Positions 36,660-48,470 of a stretch of 64,000 nt of DNA are shown one piece after another (positions within the stretch are counted from its first letter, which is position 1; the number at the start of each line of letters is the position of its first letter). The position numbers and the translations under genes were made by a program. The DNA is taken from the NCBI RefSeq assembly GCF_004010195.1, contig NC_057719.1, forward strand, positions 38,043,722 through 38,107,721, read 5' to 3'. This DNA comes from Chiloscyllium plagiosum. Its lineage: Eukaryota. The notes under the pieces are model-generated. The model was not told the origin of the DNA. It saw nothing but the letters and a program-made list of their open reading frames with translations, and did no database searches.

Positions 36660-39600
36660 TGTCTGAATGCAGTCTAAGAAATAAGGTAAATGAGCTTGTG
36701 GTGCAGATCGAAATTGGCAGGTATGACGTGGTGGACATCACGGAGACATGGCTGCAAGGAATCAGGATTGGGAGCTGAATATCCAGGGGTATACATCCTA
36801 TGGAAAAGATAGGCAGGTGGGCAGAGGGGGTAGGGTTGCCTTATTAGTAAGACATGAAATTAAATCAACAGTAAGAAATGATGTATGGTCGTATGGTGTA
36901 GAATCTGTGTGGGTGGAATTGAGGAACCGCAAAGGTAAAAAAATACGTAGTTGGAGATATATTCAGGCCTCAAAACAGTAGTCAGGAGCTGGGGGGCAAA
37001 ATATATCAGGAGATAGAAAAGGTGTGTAAGAAAGACAAACTTACAATGATCTTGGGGGATTTCAAAATGCAAGTGGACCGGCAAAATCAGGTTGGTAATG
37101 GACTGCAAGAAAAGGAATTTGGGGAATGTCTACAAGATGGCTTTTAGATTAGATTAGATTAGATTACTTACAGTGTGGAAACAGGCCCTTCGGCCCAACA
37201 AGTCCACACCGACCCGCCGAAGCGCAACCCACCCATACCCCTACATTTACCCCTTACCTAACACTACGGGCAATTTAGCATGGCCAATTCACCTGACCTG
37301 CACATCTTTGGACTGTGGGAGGAAACCAGAGCACCTGGAGGAAATCCACGCAGACACGGGGAGAACGTGCAAACTCCACACAGTCAGTCGCCTGAGGCGG
37401 GAATTGAACCCGGGTCTCTGGCGCTGTGAGGCAGCAGTGCTAACCACTGTGCCACCGTGCCGCCCACCGTGCAGCTTGTGGTGGAGTCCACTAGGGAACA
37501 GGCAATACTAGATTTAGTGTTGTGCAATGAGGCAGACTTGATAAATGAGCTTAAGGTGAAGGAACCCTGAGGAGGCAGTGATCGTAATATGATTAAATTT
37601 ACCTTGCAATTTGAGAGGAAGAAGATGGAATCAGAGGTAACGATATTACAGCTGAATAAAGATAACTACAAAGGTATGAGGGAGGAGCTGGGCAGAATTG
37701 ACTGGGAAAGCAGCCTAGCAGGAAAAACAGTGGAAAAGCAATGGCAGAGGTTTCTGGGTGTGATTCAGGAGATACAGCAAAAATTCATCCCTAGAAAAAA
37801 ATGGCACGGTAAAGGGAGGATAAGGTAATCATGGCTGACTAGGGAAGTCAAGGATAGCATAAAAGCAAAATAGAAAGCACTTAATGTGGTGAGGGCAGTG
37901 GGGAAGCTTACAAAAACCAACAGAGGGCAACAAAAAATGAAATAAGAAGGGAGAAGATTAAATAGGAGGTTAAGCTAGCCAGTAATATAAAGGAAGACAA
38001 TAAGAGTTTATTTAGATATGTAAAAGAGCAAAAGAGAGGCAAAAATGGAAATTGGACCACAGGAAGATGATGCTGGAGAGATGGTAGATGGAAACAAGGA
38101 AATGGCTGAGGAACTGAATAATTACTTTGCATCAGTCTTCACAGTGGAAGACAAGTAATATCCCAAAAATTCAAGAGAGGGGGGCAGAGTTGAGTGTGGT
38201 GGTCATCACCAAGGAGAAGGTGTTAAATAAAAACTGAATGGCTTGAAGGTGGATAAATCCACCAGGTGGACCAGGTGGACTACACCCCAGAGTTTTAAAG
38301 GAGATAGCTGAAGAGATAATGGAGGTGTTAGTGATGATCTTTCAGGAATCGCTAGAGTCAGGGAGAGTCCTAGAGGACTGAAAAATCACCAGTGTGACAC
38401 CCCTGTTTAAGGAGGGAGTAAGGCAAGAGATGGAAAGTTACAGGCCGATTAGCCTAACCTTGGTTGTGGGTAAGAGTTTGGAGTCCATTGTACAGGATGA
38501 GGTTTCTGAATACTCGGAGGTGTATGGTAAAATAGGGCAAAGTCAGCATGGTTTCATCAAGGGGAAGTCATGCCTGACAAATCTGCGAGAATTCTTTGAG
38601 GAGGTAGTGAACAGGTTAGACCAAGGCGAGGCAATGGATGTTATCTACATGGACTTCAAGAACGCCTTTGACAAGGTGCTGCTCAGGAGGTTGCTGAGTG
38701 AGATAAGGGCCCATGGTGTTAGAGGCAAGGATAGAAGCTTGGCTGTCTGGCAGAAAGCAGAGAGTGGGGATAAAAAGGTCTTTCTCAGGATGGCAGCCGG
38801 TGACAAGTGGTGCTCCGCAAAGGTCAGTGTTGGGACCACAACATTTCACTTTATACATTAATGATCTAGATGAAGGAACTGAGGGCATTCTGGCTATGTT
38901 GCAGACGATACAAAGATAAGGGCCAGGTAGTATTGAAGAGTCAGGGAGGCTGCAGAAGGATTTGGACTGGTTAGGAGAGTAGGAAAAGATGTGGCAGATG
39001 GAGTACAACATGGGAAAGTGAGGTCATGTACTTTGGACTATTTTCTAAATGGGGAGAAAATTCAGAAGTCTGAAATGCAAGAGACATGGGAATTAGTCTA
39101 GGATTCTTTCAAGGTAAACTTGCGGGTTAAGTCAGTAGTTAGGAAGGTAAATGCAATTTTGGCATTTATTTTGAGAGGACTTGAATATAAAAGCAATGAT
39201 GTACTTCTGCAGCTCTATAAGGCTCTGGTCAGACCACATTTAGAGTATAGCAGTTTTGGGCCCCATATCTCAGGAAGGATGTACTGGCCCTGCAGCGTGT
39301 TCAGAGGAGGTTCATGAAAACGGTCACAGGAATGAAAAGTTTAACATATAAGGACTTTTGAGGGCTCTGGGTGTATACTCCATGGAGTTTAGAAAGATGA
39401 GTGGGGATCTAATTGAAACTTACAGAATACTGGATAGCCTGTACAGAGTAGATGTTGGGAAGATGTTTCTATTGGTAGGAGAGACTAGGACCTGAGGGAA
39501 GACCTTTTAGAATGGAGATAAGGAGAAACTTCTTCAGCCAGAGAGTAGTGAATCTATGGAATTCACTGTCACAGAATGCTGTGAAGGCCAGGTCATTGAG

Positions 39601-39765
39601 TATATTTAAGATGGAAATAGATAGGCTCTTGCTTGTCAAGCAGATCAAGGGTTACAGGTCGAAAGTGGGAGAAAGGGGTTAAGAAACTTATCACTGTGAT
39701 TGAATGGTGGAGCAGACTTGATGGGCTGAATGGCCTAATTTCTGCTCCTATGTCTTCTGGTATTA
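36660..39765 (+). mobile_element. Near-complete CR1 ORF2 (APE + RT) and 3' UTR, disrupted
   Basis: DITETWLQ, ILGDF, YRPISLTLVVGK, SQHGFIKGKSCLTN, YMDFKNAFDKV and LVRPHLEY motifs in order. Confidence 0.92.
37144..37465 (-). mobile_element. Full-length young HE1-like V-SINE
   Basis: Minus-strand GGGCGGCACGGTGGCACAGTGGTTAGC...GGTTCAATTCC head and (TCTAA)n tail; inserted in a CR1. Confidence 0.92.
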
Positions 39766-40074
39766 TGATCAAATGTAGCTTTCTCATGATGGTTAAACGT
39801 TAAGGGATTACTGGATCAGGACTCACAGACTCATAGATTTAATTCAGTCAATGTTCATATAACATACATTCTACACTTATTTTACATAATACCTTAAATT
39901 TACATGTGACATTTAGTTTATATTGTTCTTACTAACTAAACATCAAAATGAAGAAATATGAGGATTTGATTGAAGCAGAGGAGATCATCTGTAGCACAGA
40001 TTGAAAAACAAGGAGATGCAGAACTGAGATGTGACAGTGCTGTAGCTGGTGGGAAGTTGTAATCACAACAGGTT

Positions 40075-41290
40075 TGCAGAGCAAAAGAATAATACTGTGG
40101 ATGGTGGAAATCTAAAATAAAAACAAAAACAAAACAGAAATACTCAACAGGTCAAGTAGCACACATGGAAAGAAACATAATTCATGTTTCAGGTCAATGG
40201 CCTTTCACCAGAATGGAAGAAGAATAGAAATGGAAGACTTTTAAGCCAGTAGAAAGGGATCAGAGTGAGAAGAATAAAGGGAAGGAAGAACTATGATTTT
40301 TAATCTCTTCTGCCCTTTATTCAATAAAATAGAAGCAAAAGAAAGTGGTAATAGGTATGGTAAAGAAGCAAGAATTTTGCTCAGGTGAGGCAGCAATCGA
40401 TGTATAATTGTCTTCTGAATACAACATAAAGAAACAGAGAAATAAGTCCACAAAAGAAAATGAAATCACAGTAAGTTGGAGGCAAAGATTATGAACTAAA
40501 GTTGTTGAACTCAGTAATGTCTTCAGATGGCAAGATGAAAGATGAGGTACTGTCCTCAAGCTTGCATTAAACTTCGTTGGAACATTGTAAAGGACAACGG
40601 CAGAAAGGTTAGAGTTGGAGAATTCAAATGGAAAGCAGAGGTGACCCTGGGTCATGCCAGTGAACTGATTGGAAGTGATCCACAAAGTGGTCACAAGTAT
40701 GTGTTTGGTTTCCCAATTTAGAGGATACACTTAACTAAATTAAAAGAAGTACAAGTGAACCATTGTTTCACGTGGAAGAGATGCTTTGAGCTTTGGTGCA
40801 AGAATGGACAGGTGTTACATCCTCTGTGCCTGCATGAGCAGGTATTGTAAAAAATATATTCACTACAAACCTATGGACTCTCAGAACTACCTTGACCACA
40901 CTTCCTCACATGCTGTTCCCTGAAAGGATTCCAATCCATTTTCTTAGTTTTGCCATTTCTGTTGCATCTGGTCTGATGGTGCAACATTTGATGGTGTACC
41001 TTATTTCCTCAACCAACAGTTGCCACCCCATATGGTTGACAGGGCCTTCCATCATGTTTCACCTGTTTCATACACTTCTGCTCTCACCTCCTTCTTTCAA
41101 GATTAATAACAGGATAACCCACCATCCTCATCTTTTGCCCCACCATCCTTATCTTCCACCCCACCATCCTCTCCAATTTTTGCCATCTCCAGAGTGATAC
41201 TATCAACAAATACATTTTCCAATACCTCTCATTTCAGCATTCCCAAGGGATCATTCCCTCTGCAAAATTCCTGGTTCACTCTTCAACAGA
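40075..41290. mobile_element. Old PLE with internal inversion: GIY-YIG + 3' end on -, RT thumb/linker on +
   Basis: Minus strand: FHVKQWFTCTSFN...ETKH (GIY-YIG-like) and a family B terminus at 40075-40215. Plus strand from 40861: HYKPMDSQNYLDHTSSH (YKPTD...YL..SSHP-like). Confidence 0.65.
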
Positions 41291-41844
41291 GCTTCCTTTT
41301 TCTTACTCTTTCATCATGACTGATGAAAAATCGACATATCAGTTCATTAACACAAATTCTCTCTGCCTGAGCTGCAGCTCTTTTGAATTTTTATTCAAGT
41401 TTACGTTGCAGTTTCTATGAAGAATAGAGATATCAGAATCTATAATGGGAAAAGCTAACCCAAGAGTGTTACAAAAACAGAACACTTGTATCAGGATGTA
41501 ATACTTTTACTTCAGTGATGACATACCATGTACTTTTTGTCAGTTCAATAATTATGCTTCTCTAGATTCTTTCCAATAGCATATCAATTTTCCTTGTATC
41601 TCTGCATTCCTGCATTTTTTTAAATATGAGAGTCTAGGTCATTGAAGTAAAATATAAATACAATTTTGTGAAACAGCCTTGGGAACTCCAATATTAACAC
41701 TGAAGATCTAGTTTATGGAAATTTAGTTTTTGTGGGTGACAAAAGAAAAAGAGATTCCCATCTACTATTGAAGATATTGTGTATTGTATGGGAAAAGGAA
41801 TGTTAAAAACAAATATGATTTCTATATTTCAAAGAATGTACCAA

Positions 41845-43255
41845 ATAGAGTGTGGCAGAAAGGAGTTCTAGCAAAACTGGAGTCAATGAGAATCAGAGGG
41901 GTAATTCTCTGCTGGTTAGAATCATTCATGGAGTAAAGGAAGATGGTTGTGGTGGTTAGAAGTCAGTCATCTCATTTCCAGGACATCCCTGCAGGGGTTC
42001 CATAGAATAGTGTCCTTAGCTCAACCATCTTCAGCTACTGTATCAACATTCTTCCCTTGAATATAAGGTTGAAAGCAGGGATGTTCACTGATAACTGCAC
42101 AATGTTCAGCACCATTCACAATTCCTCAGATACTGAAACAGTCCATGGTTTAAATGCAACAAGACCTGCACAATATCCAGGCTTCGGCTGACAAGTGGCA
42201 AGTAACATTTGTGCCACACAAGTGGCAGGCAATGACCATCTCTATCAAGCGAGAATCTAACTATTGCCCCCTTAATATTTAATGGTATCACCATCATGAA
42301 TCCCCCAATATTAACATCCTGAAGGTTACTATTGACCAGAACCTGAACTGGATTGTTGTATTAGTACTGTGGCTACAAGAGCAGGATAGAAGATAGGAAT
42401 CCTGCAGAAAGTTACTTCCAAGCCACAAATCAGGAATATGATGGAATACTCCTCATTTGCCATGTGGAGTCCAGCTCCAGCGACGCTCAAGAAGCTTGAC
42501 ATCATCCAGGACAAAGTAGTGCACTTGATTGGCATCATACCCACAAAACACTTACATTCTCCAACATCAACATTCAGCTGCAGTAATTTCTAGTACCTAC
42601 AACATGCACTGCAGAAATTCACCAAGGCTCTTTAGAAAGCAGCTTCCAAAATCACGAGCACTACCATCTAGAAGTACAAAGACAGCAGTTACGTGGGAAC
42701 ACCACCATCTGTAAGTTCCCCTCCAAGTCATATGTCATCCTTCCTTGAAAATATTCCGCCATTCCTTCACTGTTGTTGGAACTCCCTCTCTACTGACATT
42801 ATGGGTATACCTGTGTCAAATGGACTGCAGCAGTTCAAAAAGGCATTTCATCACCACCTTTTCAAGGGTAACCAGGGATAGGTACTGTCGTGATTGGAAC
42901 CAGCTGGATCTTGTTGACTAGAGTCTAGAGTCATAGAGATGTACAGCATGGAAACAGACCCTTCAGTCCAACCCGTCCATGCCGACCAGATATCCCAACC
43001 CAATCTAACAGCCCCTTGATTGGGGCTGTTAACCTGGGCCAATTGGGAAAGCCGATATTGACCAACATAACCAGGAGATTTAGAGTTTCCTCAATTCAGG
43101 GGACTGACTTTGAGCTAGCTTGCCACAACTAATGTTCTGTGCGCAAGTAAATAAAGGCCGACTTAATGACAGGATACTGGTCTCTGTGCAGTTATGTCGA
43201 TTGTAAATGCTGGCCCAGCCAGTGACACCCACATCCTGTGACTGAACAAAAGAAC
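41845..43255 (+). mobile_element. LINE family B RT to 3' end
   Basis: AGVP..SVL, GMFTDNCTMF and ADKWQVTF motifs; 3' end split by the 42886-43199 insertion. Confidence 0.8.
42886..43199 (+). mobile_element. Probable solo LTR containing a CR1 tail (42926-43006)
   Basis: Starts TGT, has AATAAA near its end, and interrupts the LINE 3' motif GGGAT...|...TAAATGCTGGCCC. Confidence 0.45.
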
Positions 43256-44689
43256 TCATGTTGATCTGGTTGTATAAGGACTACTATCAATATCTCTCAA
43301 TCAACAAATTAGCTGCCAAGTGAATATATCATAACAATGTTGGATAAAAGATCAACATCTTATGATATTAAAAGTTTTAATAGATATTTTCAATTTTTTT
43401 TGGATCTGTCAAATATTTTCTTTAAAAGAGTGTACGTACATTCCAACTGGTGGCTCACTTTGTGGACATCACTTTCAGCACATGGACTACTTTCACGACA
43501 AGATAACAGATTGCTGTTGTTATTCAAAATTTAATCGTAGGCATTGTCTTCATTTGACGTTTTGATTTTAACTTCTCTATTTCACAATAGTTGGACACAT
43601 CAGGTTAAATTTAATATATATGTAAGGTATTTTCAGACATATATAAGCAAGAGCAGCCAAATCAAATTCAGCGTTCAAAAGGATTTACTGATGCATCACG
43701 AGGCTTTCCAGGAAACGATCCCGATATGGTTTTTCTTTGCCACACTCAACAACAGTATACTGCATCTCCAGCGTACATGAAACACTCTTTAATTACTTCC
43801 TCCATTGCAAGCAACTGGATGATGCTGGTGAACAGCCTCATGGCGAACTGAGGCTTTTTGAACTTTCCCAACAGAAAGTATTAAATACCCATATAACCCT
43901 TGTAGGTTTCAACCGTCAGACATCCAATGTTGCAACATTCAAATCTATGCCAAACTATTAGGAGTTTCTAGTGGATGTGATGTAACCAAATATTTGCATT
44001 GCAATATTAAAACCATCATGCATTGCGTGTTTTAACAAAGGAATGGAAATGATAGACATATATAAATATTTAATCCAGTATTTATTAGATTTTTTTGTTA
44101 AATTTACTCATAGTCAATACTAGGTGTTAAATGAAGTATCGCTGTACCCGATCAGGACCCCTAAAATCACTGTCAATCTTGCAGCATTCGTGGAGCTTGT
44201 GCGTACATTGAGGTTCTTGTTAATACCTTTGACTTCCTAGAGGTAGAGCAGTCAAATAATAATTTATTGTATAAGCAGCTTAAATAATGACCAAACACTG
44301 AACTTTAAGCCATTTGTAAAACATTTCAGGACTACGTGTTCATCTTTTGGAAGACGACGAATATTTCAGTTCAACAAACTCACAGTGTGTAGAATTATTT
44401 TATCTGCACCTTAACTGTTAATTATAGAGGAAGAATTGAATGAAACTTCGCATTTCTTTTTTAAATAAAGACAATTCCTCTATCCAGCAAGCTGGGGTTT
44501 CCTCAGCCCTCCGCAAAAGTAAATAGTTCTTAAAGTTTGATCAAATATTCTCCGCCAAAGGCCTATATCATAGGTTATTAACATTATACAGTTCATTTTT
44601 TATAAAAAGTAAAGATCTTCAATTCCTCTCCGAGCGGTTGCAGTATAAAAAAGTACGGCAAGAGAATTAAAAAGTAGATGTGCAGAGCA

Positions 44690-45165
44690 GTATGTGTCCG
44701 TGGGTGGCGGAGTGATCGGGAACCACGTCCAGAAGTGAGTGCGTCGCTCAACCAAACCTGGCGACGGGCGGAGCAAACGGCCACCTTTAATGGACGGGTG
44801 ATTTGACCAATGAGCGTGAGGGTAGCGGGGGCCGCGTGGAGTTACCGGCCAATAGAGAGTGTGCGAAGGAGGGGCGGGAGCATCAGGTTCGGGTGTGCGG
44901 TTGGAGTGAGAGGAAAAGCGCAGAGAGCGGCGCCGGCGGCTGGCGTCCCTTAGACAGACAGACACAGAGAGAGAGAGTGAGTGAGAGCGCGCGCACCGCG
45001 GGGACTAACAGGAGTAGTAGCCTCACTCGCAGTCTCAGACGCTGACACTCACTCTGAGACATAGACAGCCTGGGGACCAAACTTCAACACTACCAAAGTC
45101 GCTCCGTCTCACTCTCTGCGCGCGCGCGCACACACAAAAAACAAGGGGCACCGAGAGGAGCAACA
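44690..45165 (+). promoter_or_regulatory. CpG-island promoter / 5' UTR of RCOR1
   Basis: Abrupt CpG-rich segment in otherwise CpG-poor DNA. CCAAT at 44807-44811 and 44849-44853, GC boxes at 44766-44771 and 44871-44879, GA-rich tract ~44955-44987, (CG)n(CA)n at 45117-45136. Confidence 0.85.
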
Positions 45166-45355
45166 ATGCCGACCATGATCGAGAAAGGGCCCGAGGTTTC
45201 GGGTAAGAGGAGAGGCAGGAATGGGGCGAAAAGTTTTCCAGCAGCTGCTGCGGCGGCGGCGGCGGCGGCACCACCAGCGGTAGCACCGGCTGTGGCGGCG
45301 ACCAACGGCAACAACTCGTGGGAAGAGGCGAGCAGCGGCTCCGAGGACGAGCACG
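45166..45355 (+). CDS. RCOR1: REST corepressor 1 (CoREST), coding exon 1
   Basis: Translates MPTMIEKGPEVSGKRRGRNGAKSFP(A)10...NGNNSWEEASSGSEDEH. This matches the vertebrate RCOR1 N-terminus as I recall it (MPAMVEKGPEVSGKRRGRN...NSWEEGSSGSSSDEEHG). Ends at G|GTAACT donor, phase 1, inside a CpG island. Confidence 0.95.
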
Positions 45356-45487
45356 GTAACTGGCAATAGCCTAGAACTGACTTTCTCTTTTTTTGTTTAA
45401 AGAGATATCCATCGATCGCGTCTTTTTAAAATAAAAACATATTTAAGTGATCGGTTTGTTGATGGGAGAATAAACTACTTGTTACAG

Positions 45488-45544
45488 GTGGAGGAATGCG
45501 AGTGGGCTCCCAATATCAGGCGGTTGTCCCTGACTACGACCCTG
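45488..45544 (+). CDS. RCOR1: RCOR1 coding exon 2 (start of ELM2 domain)
   Basis: TTACAG| acceptor and |GTGAGT donor; 57 nt, phase 1-1. Spliced to exon 1 it reads GGGMRVGSQYQAVVPDYDP, matching RCOR1 GGMRVGPQYQAVVPDFDP. Confidence 0.95.
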
Positions 45545-46671
45545 GTGAGTTATTTGAATTCTGTTTGTGTCGAGATAGCCTAAAACTGTGGCGTTCATTC
45601 TCACCATCTCACTCTTCTCTCCTGCCCGCCACCCCACATAATACTTATTTAAGGGGTTACATTCGTTAGGGGGTCAACGAAGGAGAAGGGGGGTGAGGGG
45701 AATTTCATTCTGAGCCGTCGTGAGAAGAGTTAATAAAACAGTCACAAAAGTATAGGACATTAATTATAATAAAATGAGGGCAGATGAATACCTCTTACCA
45801 CCACCCCCCCCGCCCTGCTGTTCGTTTTGAGAATAGCAGCGTGTGCTGCAGGCGTGCTTTGACTTAAATCATCATTTCCTACCCCACCCTGAATAAAATT
45901 GAAATCTTGCATCGATATTCTTCGTGCGATCAAAAGTTATTAATGGCAAAAAATAAGCTGCAGGTCCGGGATTGCATGTTGCTAACTATTTCATGGGATT
46001 TATTCAACTCCTTTCTCCTCGTTTCGGATGTGCTTACTTTCACATTCACTATGAATGAACACGGCAAAAGATTTTTTTGCACAAATTGGAGCTTGCTATT
46101 AGAGCTTCTCTGATTTCTTTTTTCACCAAATAGTTAAGATTGTGTCGTTTTAGCTTAAATCGACAACGCGATTTGAAAAGTAAAAGTGTATTTTGAAGTC
46201 TGCATTATTTACCTTTGGGCGCATGTGCGAGAAAGGGCTCCGAGAGCGATGCGAAAGGTGTAGTGTAATGCATGTGTTTGAATATAATTAAAAGTTGGAT
46301 AGTTAGCACCTTTTCCTTTTGTTGCGAGTAAGCATTTGATAAGTGCAGTGTAGAAAACCCACTTTCTGAAAGTTATTGAAAACAAATTTTAGAAACGATA
46401 TTTTAATGTTAATATTGTAACTGACTTCGTTATTCAATGATACTGTTTGTATGCATTTAGAAGAATAGTATTTATTACAGACTACAAGTCTTTCGAATGT
46501 GTTTGGATTTTGTAAACTATGCTACTTTAGTGGGGCTTTTTTGACTTTTTTAATGAGTTTTTGTCATTTTGTTCACCATTGTTATGGCGAGGTTTAGGCT
46601 GATATCAAAGAAAATAAACTTTAAAACAAAAAACAATGTGGCTTAAAGTTGGTTAATGATCTTGAACAAAA

Positions 46672-46984
46672 TTAGATTTTAGATTACTTAGTGTGGAAAC
46701 AGGCCCTTCGGCCCAACAAGTCCACACCGACCCGCCGAAGCACAACCCACCCATACCCCTACATTTACCCCTTACCTAACACTACGGGCAATTTAGCATG
46801 GCCAATTCACCTGACCCTGCACATCTTTGGACTGTGGGAGGAAACCAGAGCACCCGGAGGAAACCCACGCAGACACGGGGAGAACGTGCAAACTCCACAC
46901 AGTCAATCGCCTGAGGCGGGAATTGAACCCAGGTCTCTGGCACTGTGAGGCAGCAGTGCTAACCACTGTGCCACCGTGCTGCCC
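46672..46984 (-). mobile_element. Full-length HE1-like V-SINE
   Basis: Nearly identical to 37144-37465. Confidence 0.92.
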
Positions 46985-47075
46985 ACCATTGAGTTTTCCC
47001 TGTTCAAGTTCTTCAGTTTCAGCCATGAAATTATTTATCAAAAAGGTGGGAATTGCAAGTTGGTGCAAGTTACAT

Positions 47076-47373
47076 TAGATTCCCTACAGTGTGAAAACAG
47101 GCTATTTGGCCCAGCAAGTCCAACCTGACCCTTCAAAGAGTAACCCACCCAGACCCATTTCCCTCTGACTAATGCACCTAATATTATGGGCAATTTAGTG
47201 TGGCCAGTTCACCTGACCTGCACGTCTTTGGATTGTGGGAGGAAACCGGCACACCCGGAGGAAGCCCACACAGATACTGGGAGAGCGTCCAAACTCTATA
47301 CAGTCGCCTGAGGCGGGAATCGAACCCAGGCCTCTGACGCTGTGGGGCAGCAATGCTAACCAATGTGCTGCCC
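47076..47373 (-). mobile_element. HE1-like V-SINE, older copy
   Basis: Same head, central and tail organisation; more diverged. Confidence 0.88.
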
Positions 47374-47479
47374 ATAAGTGAAGAAAGGATGATAGGTGAT
47401 CGGAATTGAGATAAAAAAAAATGTGTGAATGAGAGAAAGCAATGAATAGGCTGCTTACCCAGAAGAGCATTGGAATAGT

Positions 47480-47745
47480 TATGTTTCTCCTCTGAGATGA
47501 TATGAATGATGTTCACTCTTAAATGGGATGAAGTAGGATAATCTGTGGAATTCACTCACCCAGAATGTGGTGAATATCAGGTCACTGAGTGAATTTGAGC
47601 ATGTACAGATTTTTTATATTGTAATCGGTTGAAGGGTTATGGAAGATGGGCAGGAAAGTGGAGTGAAGGCCACTGAGATCAGCCATAATTGTACTGAATG
47701 GTGGTGCAGACTCAAGAGACTGAATTGTTTATTCTTGCTCCTAGT
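47480..47745 (+). mobile_element. CR1 3' end, decayed
   Basis: Similar to 39540-39760. Confidence 0.65.
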
Positions 47746-48064
47746 TTTGGAGATGTTGTGAGAGGTCTTTGTGATCAACTAGATATGGGTTGTGACTGAA
47801 CAGATGCTAAGATTACAACCTATTTGGTTCAGTGTGAAATGATGCCTGAGGTAGAGGAATGGAATTGGTGTAAAGAAGTCATGGATTCATTTGCCGAGCC
47901 AGTGTGTTTTTTATGCATAAGTTTTGTTGCCTCACTAGGTGATATCAATGCGTCTTTGATAAGGTATTGGTGGTCTGTCCTGCCTGGTATTTATATCTAT
48001 TTGTTGGTACTTCCAGTTCTGTATCTGAGAGTATGGTTAATGCGTTAATCCTTCAGGTATAGGA

Positions 48065-48470
48065 TTTGGAAAGAGGAATAGGTGCAGGAATAGGCCCTTC
48101 AGCCTTTAGAACCTGTGCTGCCACTTGGTATGCTCATGGCTGATCATCCAAGCTATTCCTGCTTTCTCCGTACACTTTGAGCCTTTAGCATTCCTGTGTT
48201 TTTTTTCCATGACCAGCCCTGTTAGAATTTTATAGATTTGTGAGAGATTCCTTCTCATTCTTCTAATATAGTCCTAACCAAATCAATCTTTCTTCGTGTG
48301 TTAGCCCTGCCAACCCAGGAATCAGTCTGTTAAATCTTTGGTGCACTCCATCTATAGCCAGAACGATGTCCTTCCACAAAGGAAACCAAAACTGTGCACA
48401 GTACTCCAGATATTGTCTCGCCAAGGCCCAGTACAATTGCAGCAAGACATCCCTGCTCCTGTATTTGAAA
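48065..48470 (-). mobile_element. CR1 3' fragment
   Basis: YRSRDVLLQLYWALARQYLEYCAQFW on the minus strand. Confidence 0.8.

Noticed and set aside
37390..37465. tRNA genes at SINE heads (also ~5452, ~46910, ~47300)
   Set aside because: The A/B boxes belong to SINE heads fused to SINE bodies; no complete cloverleaf.
1..44600. Exons of a neighbouring host gene upstream of RCOR1
   Set aside because: No non-TE coding similarity recognised. Small or non-coding exons cannot be excluded without alignment.
44600..45366. Antisense ORFs over the CpG island
   Set aside because: Expected by-products of GC-rich, stop-poor sequence; no recognisable homology.
45166..45369. 67-aa single-exon ORF
   Set aside because: It reads through the GT donor at 45356; the true frame continues in exon 2.
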